Source: an uncultured Bifidobacterium sp. (lineage in GTDB: Bacteria > Bacteroidota > Bacteroidia > AKYH767-A > OLB10). Taken from it: a DNA stretch of 49,514 nt. The notes under the pieces are model-generated. The model searched no databases, was not told the origin of the DNA, and was given only the letters and a program-made list of their open reading frames with translations. The translations under genes and the position numbers were made by a program. The first letter of the stretch is position 1. Every line of letters begins with the position of its first letter. Positions 10,821-19,529 of this stretch are shown here, in pieces. The stretch is from NCBI GenBank assembly GCA_964584995.1, contig CAZPCA010000002.1, forward strand, positions 1-49,514. Reading direction: 5' to 3'.

Positions 10821-12278
10821 CTAGCAGTGTTCAAATGATTCTTCCAATACCTGACGATCGTCAAAAGGATAGCGAACGCCCTTGATTTCCTGGTACTTTT
10901 CATGCCCTTTACCTGCCAGCAAGATGATATCCCCTGACTTGGCCAATGCGCATGCAGTGCGGACAGCCTCACGGCGATCCGTTACCGCCAAAACTTTTTT
11001 ATCTTGATGGATAGCGACACCTGCACGCATCTCGGCAATGATTGCCTCCGGGTCTTCGTTCCGAGGATTATCGGAAGTGAGTATCACACGGTCGCTCTTT
11101 TCGCAGGCTATCGCTGCCATTTGTGGGCGCTTACCGCTATCGCGGTCGCCACCACACCCTACTACCGTGATCACCTGCTCTCCTCCCTGCCTGATTTCCG
11201 CAATCGTATCCAAAACGTTTTGCAGCGCATCGGGTGTATGGGCATAATCAATGATGCCAATTACGCCCTGAGGACTTACAATTCGCTGGAACCTGCCTTC
11301 CGGTGCAGACAGTATACTGATGGCGGTGAGCACCTTCAGGCGATCCTCACCCAACAACATGGCCGTTGCATAGGCGGCGAGCAGATTATACGCGTTGAAA
11401 TTCCCGGTCAATTGACACATCACATCGTGTCCGTCAATTTGTAACAGAAGGCCGTTCACCGAACTCTCCATGATTTTCACCTTGAAGTCGCCCATTGAAT
11501 TCAATGCATAGGTCCTGATCTGCCCTTTGGTATTTTGCACCATTACGCGGGCATTGCGGTCATCTGCATTGATCAGGGCGAATGCTCCGGAACCCAGCTG
11601 ATCGAAAAACCCTTTCTTTGCTTTGATGTATTCCTCGAATGTCTTGTGGTAATCGAGGTGATCGCGGGTGATATTGGTGAAAATAGCTCCTGAAAATTCC
11701 AGCGCGGCGATCCGGTGTTGTACAACAGCATGAGAACTAACCTCCATGAAACAATGCGTACATCCCACATCCACCATTTTCGATAAGAGGGCATTCAGCT
11801 GGATGGGGTCAGGCGTTGTATGTGTGGCTGGAATTTCAAGGTCGTTCACCATGTTCCGAACCGTACTGAGCAGACCCGCTTTGTAGCCAAGCTTACGAAA
11901 CAACGCATGCAGTAATGTAGCGGTGGTGGTTTTACCGTTGGTACCGGTGATTCCAACCAATGTGAGTCGCGTAGAGGGGTGATCGTAAAAATTGGCGGCA
12001 ATAATGGCCAAGGCCAAGGAGGTATCCTTCACCCGTACATACGTCACGCCTTGATGTAGCTCGACCGGCATTTCTTCGCATACGATGGCCACCGCGCCTT
12101 TGGATATGACTTCTTCAATGAAAGAATGACCGTCACTTTTTGTGCCGCGAACCGCCACAAATAAGCTACTATCCTGCACGAGGCGTGAATCAAAGCATAC
12201 TTTATCGATAGAAATAGTGGTATTTCCGAATACCTGCTCTATTCCGCTCTTGTAAAGAAGATCGCTGAGTACTTTCAT
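10821..12278 (-). CDS. murE: UDP-N-acetylmuramoyl-L-alanyl-D-glutamate--2,6-diaminopimelate ligase
   Basis: Mur ligase motifs (GITGTNGKTTT, DYAHTPDAL, DNPR, and the ligand-selectivity-type region). The start is set at the ATG at 12278 (MKVLSDLLYK), which shares 1 nt with the ftsI TAA stop. The longer ORF to 12485 lies inside ftsI. Confidence 0.93.
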   Translation of the reverse strand: MKVLSDLLYKSGIEQVFGNTTISIDKVCFDSRLVQDSSLFVAVRGTKSDGHSFIEEVISKGAVAIVCEEMPVELHQGVTYVRVKDTSLALAIIAANFYDHPSTRLTLVGITGTNGKTTTATLLHALFRKLGYKAGLLSTVRNMVNDLEIPATHTTPDPIQLNALLSKMVDVGCTHCFMEVSSHAVVQHRIAALEFSGAIFTNITRDHLDYHKTFEEYIKAKKGFFDQLGSGAFALINADDRNARVMVQNTKGQIRTYALNSMGDFKVKIMESSVNGLLLQIDGHDVMCQLTGNFNAYNLLAAYATAMLLGEDRLKVLTAISILSAPEGRFQRIVSPQGVIGIIDYAHTPDALQNVLDTIAEIRQGGEQVITVVGCGGDRDSGKRPQMAAIACEKSDRVILTSDNPRNEDPEAIIAEMRAGVAIHQDKKVLAVTDRREAVRTACALAKSGDIILLAGKGHEKYQEIKGVRYPFDDRQVLEESFEHC

Positions 12279-14374
12279 TAACTGAGTTCGATGACGATTT
12301 GCTCTCCTTTTTGAAATTTCGCTCCCGGCTGCAAGGATTGCCGCACCACCGCACCTCTGCCCACCGGCTTCACTTGCAAACCTTGACTTTCGAGTAAATA
12401 CAGGGCGTCGCGCAGACCCATACCGACTACATTGGGGATTTTTGCCTCTTCGGGCGTAAAGGGTTTTGTCTGTTGATTGACCCATCCGGTAGCAGGACCT
12501 GCGTATTGTAGATTGAGTTTCTTAGCAGACACAGAAGAAATTTGTCCTCGACCGGCTTTTACCGGAGGCAATCCGGCAAAAAGTGAATCGGCAGCTGGTT
12601 CCAGCTCCTTATGCATTTTTATGTCGAGTGCATACGCCTTGTCCGCAATTTCCTTGAAAACCGGACAAGCAATTGAAGCGCCGTAATAATCTCCTTTACT
12701 GGGAGCATACACCACCACGATACAGGAATACCTGGGCTCATCGGCTGGGAAATACCCACAAAATGAAGCCTGATATTTTTTCTGCCCGTTCTTATAGCCG
12801 ACAGCCCCTTGCGCTATTTGGGCCGTGCCGGTTTTTCCGGCAATGGAGTACTGGGCATGCTTGATGTGATTGGCTGTGCCGGTTTTCACCACTTCCTCCA
12901 GCATCTCGCGGGCCATGCGGATGGTGGATTGGGAACAAATACTGTCGGCTATCACACGGGTAGGAAAAGATTTCGTGACCGTCCCTTTATTTCGGATTTC
13001 CTTGACAATTAGCGGCTGCACCATTTTCCCGTCATTGGCCACCGCATTGTAGAATGTAAGCAGCTGCAAGGGTGTCATCGTCGATTCATAGCCGATGGAG
13101 ATGAAGGGCAAGGAGACTTTTGACCAATCTTTATCGCTCGTATTCTTCAAACGTGGTTTCCCTTCACCGGACAACTGAAGATCAAGAGGCTCCGCTACAT
13201 GCATGGCGCGCAAACGATCGATAAATTTCTGAGGATTCTTATTGTAGTGTTGAGCGATGACACGTGAAATGCCGACATTGGTTGAAACCGCAAACGCTTT
13301 TTTTACAGAGATGCGTCCATAGCCGCCTTCGTGAGAATCCTTCAATTTTATACCACCGGCCAATTGGATGACGCCGCCGAAAGTATCGGTAGAATCATTC
13401 AAATTGATATAACCATCTTCCATGGCTGCCATGAGTGTAGCCAATTTAAAGGTCGAGCCAGGCTCAGTACTCTGACCAATGGCATAATTATAGTCCTCTA
13501 CATACGTATCCTCATCGTCTTTACGCTTAAGGTTGGCGATGGCCTTGATGTGACCTGTAGCCACTTCCATCAATATGGCGCAACCCATGGCGGCATCGTG
13601 CTTCTGTAACTGTTGCATCAATGCATTTTCCGCCACATCCTGTAGATTCAGGTCAATGGTTGTGACCACATCACTGCCATCCAGCGGTTCGATTTCATTT
13701 TCACTGTTTACAGGCTTCAGGACATTGCCTGCGATGCGTTGCATCAACCGTTTTCCTGTCCTGCCTTTCAAATCCGCATCAAATGCCCCTTCAATACCCA
13801 CCGGTACTACTTCCTGATTGCTCATCTTATACCCGATTGTACGGGCGGCCAGTAATTTGAAAGGCTTCTCCCTGCGGCTCAGCTGGTCGATGATCAGCCC
13901 ACCCTTATTCTTACCTAACCTGAAGATGGGCAAGGTCCGCAATGCCTTCTGCTGTGCATACGATACATTACGCTTCAACAGAAAAAAACGATTGCCGTCT
14001 CTTCGCGCCTGCTTCAATAGCTGCAGATATTCATTTTTCGATTTATCACCTAAAATTCCGGAAAGACCGAGCGCGAGCGAATCCAGCTGCTCCTTGAACA
14101 CATCTTTGGTGATCCCTGAAGCCATCAAATCCAGGTGTATATCGTAACGGGGCAGTGAAGTCGCGAGCAGGCTACCGTCGCTTGCATAAATATTTCCTCT
14201 GAGAGGTGAAATAGTCCGGTAACTAAGGGTCAGACTATCGGCCTTGCTTTTCCATTTCTCGCCCTCGACCAATTGCAAATAACCTACTTTGCCGATTATG
14301 GCCAAGGCAAACAGAATGAATCCGGCAAACACCAGATAACCGCGACCCAGAATATCGGATTTCTTTTCAGCCAT
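12278..14374 (-). CDS. ftsI: Penicillin-binding protein (class B transpeptidase, FtsI-type) with C-terminal PASTA domain
   Basis: N-terminal TM helix, PBP dimerisation region, transpeptidase motifs STFK, SxN (STN) and KTGTA. The C-terminal roughly 65 aa resemble PASTA (IPNVVGMGLRDALYLLESQGLQV...). Confidence 0.92.
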   Translation of the reverse strand: MAEKKSDILGRGYLVFAGFILFALAIIGKVGYLQLVEGEKWKSKADSLTLSYRTISPLRGNIYASDGSLLATSLPRYDIHLDLMASGITKDVFKEQLDSLALGLSGILGDKSKNEYLQLLKQARRDGNRFFLLKRNVSYAQQKALRTLPIFRLGKNKGGLIIDQLSRREKPFKLLAARTIGYKMSNQEVVPVGIEGAFDADLKGRTGKRLMQRIAGNVLKPVNSENEIEPLDGSDVVTTIDLNLQDVAENALMQQLQKHDAAMGCAILMEVATGHIKAIANLKRKDDEDTYVEDYNYAIGQSTEPGSTFKLATLMAAMEDGYINLNDSTDTFGGVIQLAGGIKLKDSHEGGYGRISVKKAFAVSTNVGISRVIAQHYNKNPQKFIDRLRAMHVAEPLDLQLSGEGKPRLKNTSDKDWSKVSLPFISIGYESTMTPLQLLTFYNAVANDGKMVQPLIVKEIRNKGTVTKSFPTRVIADSICSQSTIRMAREMLEEVVKTGTANHIKHAQYSIAGKTGTAQIAQGAVGYKNGQKKYQASFCGYFPADEPRYSCIVVVYAPSKGDYYGASIACPVFKEIADKAYALDIKMHKELEPAADSLFAGLPPVKAGRGQISSVSAKKLNLQYAGPATGWVNQQTKPFTPEEAKIPNVVGMGLRDALYLLESQGLQVKPVGRGAVVRQSLQPGAKFQKGEQIVIELS

Positions 14375-14377
14375 TGC

Positions 14378-14779
14378 TCAATGACGTGTTTTGGACTTGA
14401 TGAGTATTTTACGCGGAGCCATGGTCGATTCCTTGATACCGCGTGATTGTATTTCAGCTGCGACGGCGGTCAGTTTTGACCGGTACATCAGATCGCTTCG
14501 CACTGTAATGAATTCAGCCCTCAGCTCCTTGATATCTTTTGCTGTCTTATCGATATCACGTATGGTCTTCTCGGCATAATAACTGTTGCCGATGTAAAAA
14601 AGAGCGAGAAGGAACAGGAAGAACAGATAAGGCATGAAAGAAACCACAGCTGTACGGTCGAAGTAGCCGAAAACATTCACCACGCGAATGAATTTTCGTG
14701 CAGTATTGTCGTCTGACTTCTTTTTCCGGGGCGAAATTTGCTCCGGCGCCTCTTCCTTTGTACTCCTGATCTTATTCAT
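14378..14779 (-). CDS. FtsL-like small bitopic cell-division protein
   Basis: 133 aa with a single TM helix (VVSFMPYLFFLFLLALFYIG) followed by a coiled-coil-like segment. It occupies the conserved slot between rsmH and ftsI. Confidence 0.7.
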   Translation of the reverse strand: MNKIRSTKEEAPEQISPRKKKSDDNTARKFIRVVNVFGYFDRTAVVSFMPYLFFLFLLALFYIGNSYYAEKTIRDIDKTAKDIKELRAEFITVRSDLMYRSKLTAVAAEIQSRGIKESTMAPRKILIKSKTRH

Positions 14780-15687
14780 ACGCGTTCCGCTATTCTCATT
14801 TTTGCACTGCGTGACCTTGGATTATCTGACACCTCATCGGCATCCGCCTCGATAGGCTTCCGGTGAACCGGACGGAATACCAGGCCTGTTCTGCGTCCGA
14901 AGAAATCTTTTTCCTGAGTCCCTTCGAAATTGCCCGTGTTGATGAAGTTCTTCACAAGACGGTCTTCAAGGCTATGGTAGCTGATCACTACCAGCCGACC
15001 TCCTGTACGTATCACCTCTGCAGCCTGGAGGAGCAATTCCTTCAATACCCGCAACTCGTCGTTGACTTCTATCCGTAGCGCTTGAAACACCTGCGCATAA
15101 AAGGAATTCTCCTTGCCTCGTGGAGCAAAGCGCGCGAGTACTCCCCGAAGGTCTCCGCTTGTAAGGATGGCTTTTTCTGTTCTGCTCCTGACTATCTCCG
15201 TAGCCATTCTGCGTGCCTGTGGTAATTCTCCGTACTCACGGAACACCCTTATCAGCTCATTCTCTGAATAATTGTTCACCACCTCAGCTGCGGTCAGGGC
15301 TTGCTGCTGATCCATCCGCATGTCCAGTCCCGCATCGAACCGGATCGAAAAACCACGTTCAGGGACATCGAATTGATGCGAAGAAACACCGAGATCGGCC
15401 AGCAATCCGTCCACAGGGCATGCATTCAGTGACTCGAGCGCGGTTGCCAGCTGACTGAAATTTTCGGGCACCAACACAAAGCGTGTATCATCGATGGCAT
15501 TGGCTCTGGCATCCGCATCCTGATCAAAAGCTATCAGACGACCCGTATCCAATCTGGATAAGATCTCCCGTGAATGCCCTCCTCCCCCAAACGTCACATC
15601 CACGTAGGTTCCATCCGGACGAATCATCAAGCCGTCGACCGAAGATTTGAGTAAAACGGGCTTATGATATGTTGTCACGGCTAGCAC
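14776..15687 (-). CDS. rsmH: 16S rRNA (cytosine1402-N4)-methyltransferase RsmH/MraW
   Basis: YHKPVLL N-terminus, SAM-binding DVTFGGGGHS, DLGVSSHQ, and SYHSLEDRLVK. The start is GTG at 15687 or GTG at 15678, overlapping the mraZ 3' end. Confidence 0.93.
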   Translation of the reverse strand: MLAVTTYHKPVLLKSSVDGLMIRPDGTYVDVTFGGGGHSREILSRLDTGRLIAFDQDADARANAIDDTRFVLVPENFSQLATALESLNACPVDGLLADLGVSSHQFDVPERGFSIRFDAGLDMRMDQQQALTAAEVVNNYSENELIRVFREYGELPQARRMATEIVRSRTEKAILTSGDLRGVLARFAPRGKENSFYAQVFQALRIEVNDELRVLKELLLQAAEVIRTGGRLVVISYHSLEDRLVKNFINTGNFEGTQEKDFFGRRTGLVFRPVHRKPIEADADEVSDNPRSRSAKMRIAERV

Positions 15688-16141
15688 CTCCGAAATTCAA
15701 TTTACCCATCACCTCCTCTGCAAGTGCGGAGAAATCCTTGGGCTCTTCATGAATAAGATTGTTGTAACGCTCTACTGACCACACTTCGATTTTGTTGGAC
15801 CAACCGTATAACACGAGTTCCTTCTCTATTCCGGCGTATTCACACAAACGACGTGGCAGCAATAAGCGACCGGCTGCATCCAGCTCCAGTTCTGTAGCCC
15901 CGCGAAAGAAATACCTGGCAAACTCACGGTTCTTGGCCACGAACATGTTCAGGCCGTTGATCACATCACTGATCTTCTTCCACTCATCCATCGGGTAAAG
16001 CGCCAGACAGTTCTCGAAGCCACGGTTGAGCATGAACCGCTCGCCAGCCTCCGGAGAAATCTGCTTACGCAATGCCGCAGGCATACTCAGACGCCCTTTA
16101 GCGTCAAGCTTACATTCAAATTCTCCGTGGAACTGTGACAT
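15662..16141 (-). CDS. mraZ: Division/cell wall cluster transcriptional regulator MraZ
   Basis: Two SpoVT/AbrB-like halves, each with a DxxGR motif (LDAKGRLSMP and LDAAGRLLLP). It is the first gene of the dcw cluster. The ATG at 16141 (MSQFHGEF...) is preferred over the longer ORF. Confidence 0.92.
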   Translation of the reverse strand: MSQFHGEFECKLDAKGRLSMPAALRKQISPEAGERFMLNRGFENCLALYPMDEWKKISDVINGLNMFVAKNREFARYFFRGATELELDAAGRLLLPRRLCEYAGIEKELVLYGWSNKIEVWSVERYNNLIHEEPKDFSALAEEVMGKLNFGGASRDNIS

Positions 16142-16192
16142 GAATTCTGATGATCGGTACAACCTTGCGTGGTAAAAATAATCCAATTTTTA

Positions 16193-16219
16193 CCACTTTA
16201 CCCCACTTTCTCCCACTTT
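16193..16219 (-). promoter_or_regulatory. MraZ operator: three direct AAAGTGG boxes at exact 10-bp spacing
   Basis: The minus strand reads AAAGTGG-GAG-AAAGTGG-GGT-AAAGTGG. On the plus strand, CCACTTT starts at 16193, 16203 and 16213. The array lies 52-78 nt upstream of the mraZ ATG and matches described MraZ operators (GTGG-core direct repeats with a 10-bp period). Confidence 0.8.
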
Positions 16220-16614
16220 GTTAAAAACTTTCAGGGGCTACTTTTTATTGTCCAGCGCCCTGAAAACCGATCCGACCATGCATTGAATCGGACAAAATAA
16301 AGAGCCAAAAAGAAGTATTAATGGTTCATTTGTAAGTATTTACGAACAAATGAACGTTGATGGCAAATCAACATTAAGCGAAAAGGAAGCACCTGCACGA
16401 TGGACCTCGAGCGAGGATTCAGTTGGGAAAGCAAGAAAGTCCTGGACGAACTGTCACAAATAGCTATTGTGCTGATATTGATTATTTTAATAAAAATGAT
16501 GCGTCCACATTTTCCCACTTTCAGGCATTGCAAGCACCTCAGTTCGCCAAATGCGTGAACCATACGTATGGAATCGCCTCCGATACCTTATTTTCGGCCA
16601 TCTTAGAAGTCAGC

Positions 16615-17466
16615 ATGTCCACCCAGCCCACTGCGAGCCATCAGATTGATATTGAAGAAGTAATCAGAAGCAAGAACCCCGCCTTGCTGCGCTGGATGCC
16701 AGGTTTCGCTCTCAACTACATCAAGAAAATCATACATCAGGCCGAAATCAACCGGTTCCTGAGAGAGCACGGAGAGAAGCAATCTTTCGATTTTGTACAA
16801 GCCATATTACACGAATTCGGAGCAGAGGTGACTGTTCAGGGCCTTGAAAACCTTCCCGATGCAGGAGGTTGTGTTGTGGCCTCCAACCATCCCCTTGGGG
16901 GCTTGGACGGAATAGCACTTGTACATGCAGTTTCGCTCAAACGAAAAGACCTGAAGTTCATCGTGAACGATGTACTCATGAACATCAAAAACCTGAACGA
17001 TATTTTTGTGGGCGTCAACAAGCACGGAAAAAACACTACCGCTGTGCTGGATAACATCGATTCATTTTATGCCGGAAGCGGTGTGCTTGTTATTTTTCCG
17101 GCAGGCCTCGTTTCAAGGAAACAGGAACAGGGTCTCATTCGGGATCTGGAGTGGAAAAAGAGCTTTGTGGTCAAATCAAAGAAGTTCCGTCGGAACATCA
17201 TCCCCGTCCACATCGGGGGGCGCAACTCAGCCTTCTTCTATAACCTGGCCAAAACACGAGCAAGACTGGGAATCAAGGCCAACCTGGAGATGTTCTACCT
17301 GATCGATGAAATGTATCATCAGCTCGGCAAAAACATTCACATAACAATCGGCAAACCGATTCCCGCTGATATCTTTGATGACACGTACAGCGATGCTGAA
17401 TGGGCACAACGCGTAAAAGCACATATCTACACTCTGCCGGAAGGCAATCTTGATTTCAATCCGTGA
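16615..17466 (+). CDS. Lysophospholipid/PlsC-family O-acyltransferase (OlsA/GlsA-like)
   Basis: 283 aa with the acyltransferase catalytic block VVASNHPLGGLDG and a downstream FPAGLVSR block. It is translationally coupled to an OlsB/GlsB-like N-acyltransferase. The ATG at 16615 is preferred over the longer ORF. Confidence 0.8.
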   Translation: MSTQPTASHQIDIEEVIRSKNPALLRWMPGFALNYIKKIIHQAEINRFLREHGEKQSFDFVQAILHEFGAEVTVQGLENLPDAGGCVVASNHPLGGLDGIALVHAVSLKRKDLKFIVNDVLMNIKNLNDIFVGVNKHGKNTTAVLDNIDSFYAGSGVLVIFPAGLVSRKQEQGLIRDLEWKKSFVVKSKKFRRNIIPVHIGGRNSAFFYNLAKTRARLGIKANLEMFYLIDEMYHQLGKNIHITIGKPIPADIFDDTYSDAEWAQRVKAHIYTLPEGNLDFNP

Positions 17467-18401
17467 GCAACATGCAAAATATAATTCCTCCAATTGACCC
17501 GGGCCTGATCGAAAGGGAGTTGTCGGAGGAGCGTTTCGTGCGTGTAACGAACAACGGCAACAATCATCTGTACATCGTCAACCAGCACAATGCACCGAAC
17601 GTCTTACAGGAAATCGGACGACTGAGAGAAATCGCTTTCAGAGATGCCGGGGGAGGCACTGGACTTGCCTGCGACCTGGACCCGTTCGATACCGGAGAAA
17701 AATGTTACCAACAATTGATTGCGTGGAATCCCAGAGAGCGGGAAATCATGGGAGGCTACCGTTTCATCCGATGCGGAGAGGCGGGTATAGACCAGCACGG
17801 CATTCATCAACTGGCCACTACCGAACTTTTCACTTTCTCACCGCTGTTCATTGAACATTACCTGCCCTTCACGATTGAGCTGGGAAGATCTTTCGTTCAG
17901 CCACGGTATCAGCCACGTCCCGAGAACCGGCAGGGACTTTTTACGCTTGACAATTTATGGGACGGTCTCGGTGCCATTCATGTGGACAATCCGGATATCC
18001 GATATTTTTTCGGCAAGGTGACGATGTATCGTCATTTCCACGCCGAAGCCAGGGACATGATCCTTCATTTCATGCAGCATTATTTTCCGGACCCGGAGGC
18101 CTTAGTCATACCCATCCACCCTCTGCCTGTCGTGCACGATATGAGTTGGTTTGAAAAAGAGCTGTCCGGATTGACCTACAAAGAAGGGCACAAGCTCCTG
18201 AATCAGCATGTACGGGCGAGAGGCGAGAATATTCCGCCCCTTGTCAATGCCTACATGAACCTCAGCGCCACTATGCGCACCTTCGGCACTGCGCTGAACG
18301 ATCACTTTGGCGAAGTGGAAGAGACCGGTATCCTTGTAACACTGGCCGATATTTACGACACCAAAAAGGAGCGTCATATCGCCACCTACAAGAAAAAATA
18401 A
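17463..18401 (+). CDS. GNAT-fold N-acyltransferase of the OlsB/GlsB (hemolysin-like aminolipid synthase) type
   Basis: About 310 aa. The LREIAFRDAGGGTG...DLDPFD block is typical of OlsB-like acyl-ACP-dependent amino acid N-acyltransferases. The GTG start at 17463 overlaps the upstream TGA stop (GTGA); the alternative ATG is at 17472. Confidence 0.75.
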   Translation: MSNMQNIIPPIDPGLIERELSEERFVRVTNNGNNHLYIVNQHNAPNVLQEIGRLREIAFRDAGGGTGLACDLDPFDTGEKCYQQLIAWNPREREIMGGYRFIRCGEAGIDQHGIHQLATTELFTFSPLFIEHYLPFTIELGRSFVQPRYQPRPENRQGLFTLDNLWDGLGAIHVDNPDIRYFFGKVTMYRHFHAEARDMILHFMQHYFPDPEALVIPIHPLPVVHDMSWFEKELSGLTYKEGHKLLNQHVRARGENIPPLVNAYMNLSATMRTFGTALNDHFGEVEETGILVTLADIYDTKKERHIATYKKK

Positions 18402-18426
18402 AAGACTTTTTGTTCGACCCGAAAAG

Positions 18427-19032
18427 TCAACCCTTCAAGAAAACCTTGGAGGTCTCAGCAATGTACTGCAGGAGTTCATCCCGACCGGTTTTCGCCTCTG
18501 CACTGGTAATGAAGAAAGGTGGTGTAGATTCCCAGGTCTCGAGCATACGCTGCCTGAAACGTTCCACATTTTCAGGCAAAACAGCTTTCCCCACCTTGTC
18601 CGACTTGGTGAACACGATAGCAATTGGGATCCCGTGCTCGCCGAGCTTGTTGATGAAACTGATATCGCTCTGCTGCGGTTCGATGCGGACATCAATCAAC
18701 ACAAAGACCGTGAGTAAATTCTCTCTCTTGCCAAGGTATTTGTACAGGGTTTTCTCCCATTCAGCACGCATGCTTTGCGCCACCTTGGCATACCCATAGC
18801 CCGGAAGATCCACGAGGTACCAATGACCGTTGATAAGATAATGATTGATGGTTTGCGTTTTACCTGGACTGGAGGATGTTCGTGCCAGCTCTTTCCTGTT
18901 GACAAGACAATTGATGAGGGAAGATTTCCCGACATTGGACCGACCAATGAATGCGAACTCCGGATAATCTGCCGGCGGCAACTGGTCCACTTTTCCTGAA
19001 CTCTTGATGAAAGTGGCTGTCTGAATATGCAT
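18427..19032 (-). CDS. engB: Ribosome biogenesis GTP-binding protein YihA/YsxC (EngB)
   Basis: G1 motif GRSNVGKSSLIN, G3 DLPGYG and G4 TKSDK; 201 aa. Confidence 0.93.
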   Translation of the reverse strand: MHIQTATFIKSSGKVDQLPPADYPEFAFIGRSNVGKSSLINCLVNRKELARTSSSPGKTQTINHYLINGHWYLVDLPGYGYAKVAQSMRAEWEKTLYKYLGKRENLLTVFVLIDVRIEPQQSDISFINKLGEHGIPIAIVFTKSDKVGKAVLPENVERFRQRMLETWESTPPFFITSAEAKTGRDELLQYIAETSKVFLKG

Positions 19033-19065
19033 CCCCTCTTGTTTAGCTGATGAATGAAAGCGGTG

Positions 19066-19416
19066 TTACTTCAACACCTTTTTTTCTTTGCCGAAGCGAT
19101 GTGCAAAGGCCTTGATCTCCTTCGCCATATCGCTGTCACTTGTAGACCTGTCGTAAGTATCGGCCAGACTTGCCAGCGTTTCATACATGAAAAACTCCAT
19201 CTCCTCCACCGTCATTTCATGCGTCCATAGATCGATGCGCATAGTGCTTTGTTCCGCCTTGTCCCAGATGGCGAGCATCATGGCCTTGGCCGGCTTTTCT
19301 CCTTCCAATCCTGCATCTTCGGCTTTCCACTGAAGACCAACCGGTTGCTTCTGATCATTCAACTCTACAGCGATTTTGATTTCAGAGCGGCGGGCGACAT
19401 TGTTTGCGGTAGTCAT
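19066..19416 (-). CDS. gldC: Gliding motility-associated protein GldC
   Basis: 116 aa. The core AMMLAIWDKAEQSTMRIDLWTHEMTVEEMEFFMYETLASLADTY matches, from memory, the conserved GldC core (..WD....ES.RIDLWTKDM.VDEMK.FF.QTL...). Size and family-like ends also fit. Confidence 0.75.
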   Translation of the reverse strand: MTTANNVARRSEIKIAVELNDQKQPVGLQWKAEDAGLEGEKPAKAMMLAIWDKAEQSTMRIDLWTHEMTVEEMEFFMYETLASLADTYDRSTSDSDMAKEIKAFAHRFGKEKKVLK

Positions 19417-19529
19417 AGTTCTAAGTCAGCGAGAAGTCAAAATTAGGGAATAGCGCTACAAGTACGGTAGACAGAGACACCCGAATCATCCTGACGGTAC
19501 GAAATTCCTTAACTTAGCATCGTTATACT

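Noticed and set aside
230-16141. Absence of murF, ddl and murB from the dcw cluster, considered as a possible deletion or anomaly.
   Set aside because: The order mraZ-rsmH-ftsL-ftsI-murE-mraY-murD-ftsW-murG-murC-ftsQ-ftsA-ftsZ without murF/ddl/murB is the normal Bacteroidota arrangement. Gene junctions are intact, with 1-14-nt overlaps or short spacers.
16318-16563. An 81-aa minus-strand ORF in the mraZ/acyltransferase intergenic region.
   Set aside because: Cys/Ile/Arg-rich implausible sequence with no ribosome-binding or family signal. It spans the hairpins and MraZ-like boxes, which are better explained as non-coding elements.
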